DNA of 64,000 bases from Helicobacteraceae bacterium (GTDB lineage Bacteria; Campylobacterota; Campylobacteria; Campylobacterales; Sulfurimonadaceae). The translations under genes were made by a program, and so were the position numbers. The DNA lies in the NCBI GenBank assembly GCA_015493495.1, contig WGDB01000033.1, forward strand, positions 7,479-71,478, in the 5' to 3' direction. The notes under the pieces were generated by a model. The model was not told the DNA's origin. It made no database searches and saw only the letters and a program-made list of their open reading frames with translations. Shown one piece after another: positions 16,883 through 23,609 of the stretch (its first letter is position 1; each line of letters starts with the position of its first letter).

Positions 16883-18451
16883 ATGAAAAAAAGAAGTTCA
16901 AACGGTGGATTCATGGCGAATATACAGATAAAGTATCTGTTTTTGATCGCTTTAGTGTTAGGTGTAGCCTTTATCTTGATGGGTGGTTTTATGAACAAGC
17001 CTTACCTCTCTGTTGTACTAACTGTTATGGCGATGATCTCTTACTTTTTGATAGGTCAAAAGATCGTTGAACGTGAACTGCTGACCAATGAGCAGTTTGC
17101 AGACAGTAACTACTACCTTGGTTTTCTTTTTACCTTGGTCTCATTGGCAAGTTCACTCTATATTTTGTCAAGTGGAAATATGCAAGGGGGACTCCTAACC
17201 AGTCTTATCGGACAGTTTGGTATCTCTATCTCTACCACTATTGTAGGACTTTCACTGCGTATTTACCTCTTGAGCTTTAGTCCAAATATTGGCTCAAATA
17301 TTGAGAGTTTCAACCTTATGATCATGGAGAAGTTGCAGATGCTTAATGATCATATTGGTCACAGTATCGATCAGACAAAGACTTTTTCAAATGTTATTGA
17401 TGACAAAGTCGAACTTTTTATTGATAAGACATTAAAATCTGTAGAGTCTTATAATGAACGTCTTGTTGAGAGTCTCGACCAACATTCGGTTAACAATATA
17501 TTTGAAAAGATATATGCAGATATGGACATGATCCATAAAGAACAAGAGTCACGTATTAATGAGATCTATGAAAACATGACCAGCTACCACCTACGTTATG
17601 AAAAACAGAACCAAGCCTCAGCTAAAGCTTTTCAAGACTCTATTAAAGCCAGTGAAAAATGGATCAACGAGTTTAATGAGACGATGGGTGCTTCAGCTGG
17701 AAGTATCGCAAACTCTAATACTGAGATGCGTAAGGTCATACACAATTTTGATGACTTTGTCCGTGGTCTGCCTAAGCTTTTTGCAGAGGTAAATACACTG
17801 TTTGAACAGAGTTCCAAGACATTGACATCAGAGTTGCAAGAGCAAAATAAAGTCTTGATAGAGAGCTTTATAAAGCAAAAAGATATGCAAAACAAGATCT
17901 TGATCGAACGTGTCTTGGGTGAGAACCAGAAAATCATCGATAGCTTTATTACTAACGGAAGTGCTCAGAGCAATGAAGTCTTAGAGAAGTTAAACCAGAT
18001 GAATGAAGAGATCATCTCCAGTTTTATTCAGTCTCGTGAATCTGGTAATGAGAAGATCATCAATGATATTACTGTACTCAATAATAAAGTAATACAGTCT
18101 ATTGGTTCAAAAGCAGAGAGTGCCAATGCTAAAGTGGTAGATGCAATTATCACTTCGTCCACTAAAGTGCTTTCATCATTTGTCAACAGTCAAGATCAGA
18201 AAAATGAGCAGTTGATCCAGAAAATTGCTTTGGAAAACAGTCGCCTTGTGGACAAAATGGCAAAAGCAGTAGTGCAGACACAAACAACACCACAAGCACA
18301 GACTCCACAGCCACAGAGACGTGTGGCAACACCGCCATCAAGCGAAGAAGATCTTAAAGCGCAACCAACAGTGAAAGAACAACCAACTATAACACCAGCA
18401 GCGCCAAACAAGATGAAGGGCCATGGTAGTGTCAAACTACCAAAAAGCTAA
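16883..18451 (+). CDS. P3: MotA/ExbB/TolQ-like membrane core with long repeat-containing helical tail and Pro/Gln-rich C-terminus
   Basis: 522 aa. Starts 3 nt after the P2 stop. 4 TM in aa 15-130, with YLGFLFTLVSLASSL ... GISISTTIVGLSLRI. Tail of about 390 aa including 26-residue tandem repeats. C-terminal TTPQAQTPQPQRRVATPP. Confidence 0.75.
   Translation: MKKRSSNGGFMANIQIKYLFLIALVLGVAFILMGGFMNKPYLSVVLTVMAMISYFLIGQKIVERELLTNEQFADSNYYLGFLFTLVSLASSLYILSSGNMQGGLLTSLIGQFGISISTTIVGLSLRIYLLSFSPNIGSNIESFNLMIMEKLQMLNDHIGHSIDQTKTFSNVIDDKVELFIDKTLKSVESYNERLVESLDQHSVNNIFEKIYADMDMIHKEQESRINEIYENMTSYHLRYEKQNQASAKAFQDSIKASEKWINEFNETMGASAGSIANSNTEMRKVIHNFDDFVRGLPKLFAEVNTLFEQSSKTLTSELQEQNKVLIESFIKQKDMQNKILIERVLGENQKIIDSFITNGSAQSNEVLEKLNQMNEEIISSFIQSRESGNEKIINDITVLNNKVIQSIGSKAESANAKVVDAIITSSTKVLSSFVNSQDQKNEQLIQKIALENSRLVDKMAKAVVQTQTTPQAQTPQPQRRVATPPSSEEDLKAQPTVKEQPTITPAAPNKMKGHGSVKLPKS
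17846..18268 (+). repeat. Coding tandem repeats: five to six copies of a 26-residue unit in the P3 tail
   Basis: The N-x-x-[ILV]-[ILV]-x-S-[FI]-[IV] motif recurs at aa 322, 348, 374, 400, 426 and 452: NKVLIESFI, NQKIIDSFI, NEEIISSFI, NNKVIQSIG, STKVLSSFV, NSRLVDKMA. Each unit has a second half-motif (NKILIERV, NEVLEKL, NEKIINDI, NAKVVDAI, NEQLIQKI). Confidence 0.8.
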
Positions 18452-18465
18452 GGTAAGCGTAGCTG

Positions 18466-19494
18466 ATGCAATTTAATGAAAATGGAAACAATGACTTTTT
18501 ATTTGGGATCACCTTAACCGAGCTTATCTTGATGCTCTTTTTTCTACTATTGTTGATCTCAGCATTTATGAGTGCGGAAAAAGAGAGTATTATCACTAAG
18601 GTAGAAAAAGAGAACGCTCGGATAGTGGAAGAGAATCTTGATCTACAGTTAAAAAACAAGATATCCAAAAGCCTCTCAGAAGATATGATCAACTCTCTAT
18701 TGCACTTCAAACATGGTGAAGATAAAGAAGATGAAAAAGCCAAACAGATCTTTAAAGAGTTGAGTAATCAGACCAAGTTGATCGCTGAAAATAAAAAGCT
18801 TAAACGTCAAGTCGAGATGTATGAGGTCAATGAGAAACTTTTAAAGATGGATGAAGCGTTTAAAGTCCAACTGTCTCGAAAAGAGTCTCTACTGAAATCT
18901 ATAGAAGACCTTAACAGCAGTGAGGATCTTAAAGCACTTTTTACCAAACTCGAAAAGCTCGATAAAGAGCTTAAGTATGAAAAGAGCAAAGAGGACCGCC
19001 TGGAGATTGAGAACAAAAAACTCTCTGAACTTTTAAAAGCCTTTAGCAAAATGAGTAAAGATGAACTTTTGTATGCGCAAGACATCTTAAAAGGGCAGGT
19101 GAGTTACTTGACCCGCCGTCTTAATATGGGTGGAGGTAATGAACTGCCACCATGCTGGGCGAACCAAAAGAGTGGCAAGGCTGAATATATATTTACAGTG
19201 ACAATTGGAGAGAAGGCCCTTAAGGTGAAGCCAAGATGGCCAAAATATCGTGCTAAAGAGATGAAAAAGTATAAGATATCTCCTAAACTTTATAGACAAG
19301 AGGTGAGTGTAGATAAGTTTTTGGAGTTGACCAAAAATGTTTATAAAGATGCAGATAAAAATGAGTGTAAGCACTACCTCTATCTTTATGATGAGGCAGA
19401 GACGAAATTTGGTTATAAAGACAAACGTCTGAAGTTAGAAAACTATTATTACAAATATGAAAATGGATCTAGACGACGTAAAGGGCACCTCTAA
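18466..19494 (+). CDS. P4: MotB/ExbD-like N-terminal TM, coiled coil, and C-terminal domain of unknown fold
   Basis: 342 aa. N-terminus NDFLFGITLTELILMLFFLLLLISAFMS has a single TM with acidic E19. About 170 aa of K/E-rich coiled coil. C-terminal roughly 115 aa contains ELPPCW and two Cys (C230, C301). No OmpA-type NxxLSxxRA motif. Confidence 0.75.
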   Translation: MQFNENGNNDFLFGITLTELILMLFFLLLLISAFMSAEKESIITKVEKENARIVEENLDLQLKNKISKSLSEDMINSLLHFKHGEDKEDEKAKQIFKELSNQTKLIAENKKLKRQVEMYEVNEKLLKMDEAFKVQLSRKESLLKSIEDLNSSEDLKALFTKLEKLDKELKYEKSKEDRLEIENKKLSELLKAFSKMSKDELLYAQDILKGQVSYLTRRLNMGGGNELPPCWANQKSGKAEYIFTVTIGEKALKVKPRWPKYRAKEMKKYKISPKLYRQEVSVDKFLELTKNVYKDADKNECKHYLYLYDEAETKFGYKDKRLKLENYYYKYENGSRRRKGHL

Positions 19495-19496
19495 AA
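19483..19496. repeat. Solo copy of the 12562-12851 element terminus
   Basis: GGGCACCTCTAAAA is identical to 12562-12575 and to the rc of 12838-12851. It is followed by CCTTAGCC...TAGAGA, echoing CCCTAGCC...TAGAGA of the full element. It supplies the last codons and the stop of P4. Confidence 0.6.
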
Positions 19497-19514
19497 GGAT
19501 TAATCCTCCTTAGC

Positions 19515-20018
19515 CTAGAGAAAAACCTCTGATCTCTTTTGGATGATAGCCAAGGTGGCTTCAGCAGTTGAAGCGACTACGATGTCTATCATCATCAGGT
19601 TGTGTGAGAGACCAAAGTCTTCGATGATTTTCCCCTCTTGACAAAGTGTTGCATCAGAGCTAAGTACTTGTGCTGCCCTGACCCGCTCGATCATCTGGCT
19701 TCTGTCTTTTGCATAGGCAAATACCGGTTTGTTCAATGCTGTAGCATAACCTACCTCGTAAACTGTACCTGAGTCAGGTTCCAAGCCACGAAATGGGTTT
19801 AGGTTAGCCATGATGATATCTGCTTTTTGTATCAGTTTAATGTTGGCTTCTCTTATGGCTTTGGCTGTCTCATAAGCAGTTCCGTCAAAGTCGATCTCAT
19901 TGTCTAAAGGAAAGAGACCCTCAAATCCATACTGCCTACAGAGTTTTTTGAGTTGTGTACCTTGAGCTTTGGCATCACACTCAAAAACATCAGGTCCTGC
20001 AAGATAGATTTTTAGCAT
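19515..20018 (-). CDS. Nucleoside 2-deoxyribosyltransferase-like protein
   Basis: 167 aa. IYLAGPDVF N-terminal motif and EPDSGTVYEVGYA, characteristic of the PF05014-type fold. Confidence 0.8.
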   Translation of the reverse strand: MLKIYLAGPDVFECDAKAQGTQLKKLCRQYGFEGLFPLDNEIDFDGTAYETAKAIREANIKLIQKADIIMANLNPFRGLEPDSGTVYEVGYATALNKPVFAYAKDRSQMIERVRAAQVLSSDATLCQEGKIIEDFGLSHNLMMIDIVVASTAEATLAIIQKRSEVFL

Positions 20019-20032
20019 TTTAAGCCTTTTTT

Positions 20033-20057
20033 TGCAACATTATAGCTATATGTTGCA
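20033..20057. promoter_or_regulatory. 8-bp perfect inverted repeat TGCAACAT-N9-ATGTTGCA upstream of the deoxyribosyltransferase-like gene
   Basis: Arms at 20033-20040 and 20050-20057. The spacer contains the palindrome TATAGCTATA. Located 15-40 nt upstream of the ATG at 20018 (minus). Confidence 0.3.
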
Positions 20058-20252
20058 CGCTAGTAAAAAATGTTCTCTCAAAAATAGGGTGGTTTACATG
20101 CTTTTGATAAAATACGCTCAGAAAAGTAGATAGAGAATTGGTATATAATTCTTCTAACCATAAGATTAGGAATTCCCATCATTAATAAACTTGCAAAATT
20201 TGGTTCTGTCGGTGCACTTGGTTCCGTTACAAACATTACCATCTTTTCGGCT

Positions 20253-20576
20253 TTGACTTTTTTAAATGTCAACTATAACCTTTCATCGGTTATCGCCTTT
20301 TTAGTGGCAGTGACACAGAACTATCAGCTTAATAAAAAATGGACCTTTAAAGACCACAACACCAAAACAAGAAAAAAGTTTCCCAAATATTTGGCACTGA
20401 ACTTTTTAAGTTTTTTGATCAACCTGGCAGTACTTAACGTTGTGGTTTACTACTTTGGAGAAGAGAAATTGATCCAGATCGCGGGTCAGATCGCGGGTAT
20501 TGGTGTAGCAATGGGCTTTAATTTTCTAGGGAGCTATCTAATTATTTTTGCAAAACATGAGGAGCGTGACATATGA
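20253..20576 (+). CDS. GtrA family membrane protein (start uncertain; homology extends upstream to about 20160)
   Basis: NKKWTFKD and the 4-TM layout are typical of GtrA. The conserved N-terminal KFGSVGALGSVTNITIF segment lies in frame upstream of the TTG at 20253, but there is no ATG/GTG/TTG between the stop at 20127 and 20253. Confidence 0.7.
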   Translation: MTFLNVNYNLSSVIAFLVAVTQNYQLNKKWTFKDHNTKTRKKFPKYLALNFLSFLINLAVLNVVVYYFGEEKLIQIAGQIAGIGVAMGFNFLGSYLIIFAKHEERDI

Positions 20577-21304
20577 GTAGAGGTGTGATCGTTATTCCTA
20601 CCTACAATGAGATCGAAAATATCGAGGTTATCTTAGAAAAAGTGTTTGCATTAGATCTAGGTGTTGATATTTTGATCGTTGATGATAACTCTCCTGACAA
20701 GACCTATGAAAAAGTTCAAGAGATTATTGATACCAACACCTACAATGGACAACTCCACCTGCTTATAAGAGCGCAAAAAGAGGGACTGGGCAAGGCGTAT
20801 GTTGCCGGTTTCAAATGGTGTCTGGAAAGAGAGTACCCGTTTGTCATAGAGATGGATGCTGACCTTTCACATGATCCTAAATATTTGCCAGCATTTATTG
20901 AAAATATCAAAGAGTATGACCTGGTTATTGGCTCTCGTTATGTAGCAGGTGGAGGTGTTGTTAACTGGTCGCCTCTGCGTAAGTTTATTAGTTTTGGTGG
21001 CAGTACCTATGCTCGCACGATTTTAGGGATCTCTATAAAAGATGTGACGGGTGGGTTTAAGTGTTTCAGACGTGAAGTCTTGGAAGCAATAGACTTGGAT
21101 GGTATTATCAGTGCCGGTTATGCTTTTCAGATCGAGATGAACTATAGAACAATATTAAAAGGTTTTAAGGTCAAAGAGGTGCCTATCATCTTTGAGGATC
21201 GTGTTGCCGGTAAGTCTAAGATGTCTAAAAAGATCTTTATCGAAGCACTGCTTAATGTTGTGACTCTGAGACTGAACAAAAAACAGATACTCAAGGCAGA
21301 TTAA
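20573..21304 (+). CDS. GT2 polyprenol-phosphate glycosyltransferase (Dpm1/GtrB/ArnC-like)
   Basis: 243 aa. VIVIPTYNE, LIVDDNSPDKT and EMDADLSHDP motifs. Confidence 0.88.
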   Translation: MSRGVIVIPTYNEIENIEVILEKVFALDLGVDILIVDDNSPDKTYEKVQEIIDTNTYNGQLHLLIRAQKEGLGKAYVAGFKWCLEREYPFVIEMDADLSHDPKYLPAFIENIKEYDLVIGSRYVAGGGVVNWSPLRKFISFGGSTYARTILGISIKDVTGGFKCFRREVLEAIDLDGIISAGYAFQIEMNYRTILKGFKVKEVPIIFEDRVAGKSKMSKKIFIEALLNVVTLRLNKKQILKAD

Positions 21305-22722
21305 TGCCTTATAGAGAAAAAATCGTTCTTCTTTTTTATACCCTTTTCAACATTATTGCCAACCAGTTTATAAATTTTTACTCTGACGAGACCTACTACT
21401 GGCTCTGGTCCAAAAAATTGGCCCTCTCATACTTTGATCATCCGCCTATGGTAGCTTATATGATCAAAATGACAACACTTTTTAGTGATGAGCCCATATT
21501 TGTGCGTCTTTCTGCGGCCTTAATGGTCTCGGGTACGGCTTATATACTCTACCTTTTAGCCAAAAAGATCTTTGACAAAAAGGCAGCTGTTGCAACTTTT
21601 TATGTCTTTTTAAGTGCCATCCTTATTGTTGGAGGTTCTACCCTGATCACCCCGGACATCCCTCTGATGTTCTTTTGGACGTTGACTCTATATGCAGCGT
21701 ATATCTATTTAGAAGAGGACAAGAAAAACTATGCGCTGTTGACCGGTGTCGCTGCAGGTGCTATGTTGCTCTCAAAATATACGGGTATCTTGCCGTTGTT
21801 TACGCTGTTTGTCTACATCCTTATCTATAAACGTGCTGTCTTTAAAGACAAATACCTCTATTTTGCGCTGCTATTGGCGATTTTGGTCTTTTCCCCTGTC
21901 TTGATCTGGAACTATCAACATGACTTTATCTCTTTTACTTTTCAACTTCACCATGGGGTAGAAACGGCTGAAAAAGTTTTTCAAGGTAAGAAGTTCTTTG
22001 AGTTTATAGGACTGCAATTTGCCCTGTTTCACCCTTTTTATCTGTTACCACTGCTCTATTTTATCGTTAGGGATAAAACACGTTTTGAACGTAAAAAAGT
22101 CTACTTGTTGCTACCGTTTCTTTTTGTCCTCTTTTTCTTTATCTATAATGCCGCTTTCAAACCTGCCAATGCGCAGTGGGCAGCAGGTGCATATTTGAGT
22201 GCAGCAGTTCTTTTAGGTTATTATATCTCCGAGTACTCTTATAAAAAGTTACTTATCGCGGGTGTTGCTTTTAGTGCACTTTTTATGGTGCTTCTTAAAA
22301 CACCAATAGGATACTATGTCCCTCCGATAGAGAGACTTCATCTTCGTTTAGGGCATATTGATAAGTTTAAAGATGAGATCGCCGCAATGGATCTGGACTT
22401 AAAGCAATATGATTACTTACTCATAGATGATTACCATGGATCAGAAGTGGCTTACTTTTTCAGACGTCCTGATCATCTCTTGGTACTTAACACGGCAAGG
22501 TTCTCACAGTTTAACATCTGGCGTCATGATGAACAGGGTATCGATATGGATTCGCCATTGAAAAGTATCCCTTCTTTGGGGAGATGTCTCTATATTGGAA
22601 GAAATTTGTCTCATCTCAACGAGATTGGAAGGCTCTTTGGAAACAAGAAAATCCTCTCTCATCTAGAGAAGCAGGTAGGACTTTGGGATCTGGAATACTA
22701 CTTTGTAGAGTACCAAAACTAA
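21304..22722 (+). CDS. GT-C fold glycosyltransferase (ArnT / PMT_2 family)
   Basis: 472 aa polytopic protein. N-terminal DETYYWLWSKKLALSYFDHPPM motif typical of the ArnT/PMT family. Confidence 0.8.
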   Translation: MPYREKIVLLFYTLFNIIANQFINFYSDETYYWLWSKKLALSYFDHPPMVAYMIKMTTLFSDEPIFVRLSAALMVSGTAYILYLLAKKIFDKKAAVATFYVFLSAILIVGGSTLITPDIPLMFFWTLTLYAAYIYLEEDKKNYALLTGVAAGAMLLSKYTGILPLFTLFVYILIYKRAVFKDKYLYFALLLAILVFSPVLIWNYQHDFISFTFQLHHGVETAEKVFQGKKFFEFIGLQFALFHPFYLLPLLYFIVRDKTRFERKKVYLLLPFLFVLFFFIYNAAFKPANAQWAAGAYLSAAVLLGYYISEYSYKKLLIAGVAFSALFMVLLKTPIGYYVPPIERLHLRLGHIDKFKDEIAAMDLDLKQYDYLLIDDYHGSEVAYFFRRPDHLLVLNTARFSQFNIWRHDEQGIDMDSPLKSIPSLGRCLYIGRNLSHLNEIGRLFGNKKILSHLEKQVGLWDLEYYFVEYQN

Positions 22723-22811
22723 ATCATGTTGCCAACAACGCGATTATCAACTTTTAAGAGTGTCAAGAACTAGGCTTTATGTCACTCCTGAAAATTGGGA
22801 GGATGTAAATC

Positions 22812-23429
22812 TTAAATCCCCTCTAACAGTACCAACCACAATCGATCGATCTCTTTATCACTCAGGAAAAGAGAGGAGTGGTTTTCAAAAAGCTCTTTAA
22901 GACCATTTTGAGAGATGCTTAGGGTGTGAGCACATTTTGTGTGGGCAGGAAGATATGAACGTATCAGTGAAACATCATCTAAGATGGCCTCATCACAGAA
23001 AAAACAGTATAACTCCTTATGTAGACGCCCTTCATACTCAAGTAACTTGATATAAGACTCTACGGCAATACGTTTAGGGTTTTGTCTACTCCAAGCTTCG
23101 GCAGCATAATCCAAAAGTTCGAAATAAAAACTACTGGTCTCTTCAGACTCTTTGAGATGTGGATAGAAGAGGGTAACAAACTGTTGCCAGGTACGAAGAT
23201 GGTGGTGGTCCCCTAACCAAGGATAACCGATATGCAGGACATCGCGTAGCTGGCCTATACTTGATTTGACATTGGTGATGATCTCAAAATCTATCTTGAA
23301 GCCAAGATTGATGACACCATGACGTGCACCATAGAAACGATAAAGTGTATCTAAGCCACGATCCGATAAAATTGTGACAACAAGATCTTCGTCTCTAGAG
23401 CGGTTGAGACTGATAATAAAGCCCTGCAT
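22812..23429 (-). CDS. recO: DNA repair protein RecO
   Basis: Best start is the internal ATG (rc of 27-29 in line 23421, i.e. 23427-23429), giving MQGFIISLNRSRDEDLVVTIL...YRFYGARH. C-terminal Cys/His cluster CFFC...HTKC. The longer ORF (to 23624) would overlap the gltB promoter region. Confidence 0.75.
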   Translation of the reverse strand: MQGFIISLNRSRDEDLVVTILSDRGLDTLYRFYGARHGVINLGFKIDFEIITNVKSSIGQLRDVLHIGYPWLGDHHHLRTWQQFVTLFYPHLKESEETSSFYFELLDYAAEAWSRQNPKRIAVESYIKLLEYEGRLHKELYCFFCDEAILDDVSLIRSYLPAHTKCAHTLSISQNGLKELFENHSSLFLSDKEIDRLWLVLLEGI

Positions 23430-23526
23430 TTTCTGTTTCTTACCTACACAATTATTATTTTTATTCTCTGCAATTATAGCTTCTAAAACGAACTTTAACC
23501 TGATGGCCTGTATACTATTAGCAATT

Positions 23527-23595
23527 TTAGATTTTCTAAATATATCTAAGTTGCTGAAGCTTTGCTTAAATTTAGAAAATTCATGAAAATTTCTA
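23527..23595. promoter_or_regulatory. Cluster of TTTCTAAA/TTTAGAAA motifs upstream of gltB
   Basis: ATTTTCTAAAT (23531-23541) is the exact reverse complement of ATTTAGAAAAT (23570-23580). Also TTAGAT-N11-ATCTAA (23527-23549) and TAGAAA-N11-TTTCTA (23573-23595) with central TTCATGAA. The region is AT-rich, so significance is modest. Confidence 0.25.
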
Positions 23596-23609
23596 TTAAG
23601 GAATCTTAT

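Noticed and set aside
16883-18451. P3 as a methyl-accepting chemotaxis protein or TolA
   Set aside because: It has no MCP signalling hairpin (EQTNLLALNAAIEAARAGE-like), no HAMP domain and four N-terminal TM helices instead of one or two. TolA has a single TM and a C-terminal globular domain III, which are not seen here.
16883-19494. P3/P4 as the flagellar stator MotAB
   Set aside because: P4 lacks an OmpA-like peptidoglycan-binding domain. P3 has a repeat tail of about 390 aa that MotA lacks. There are no flagellar genes nearby.
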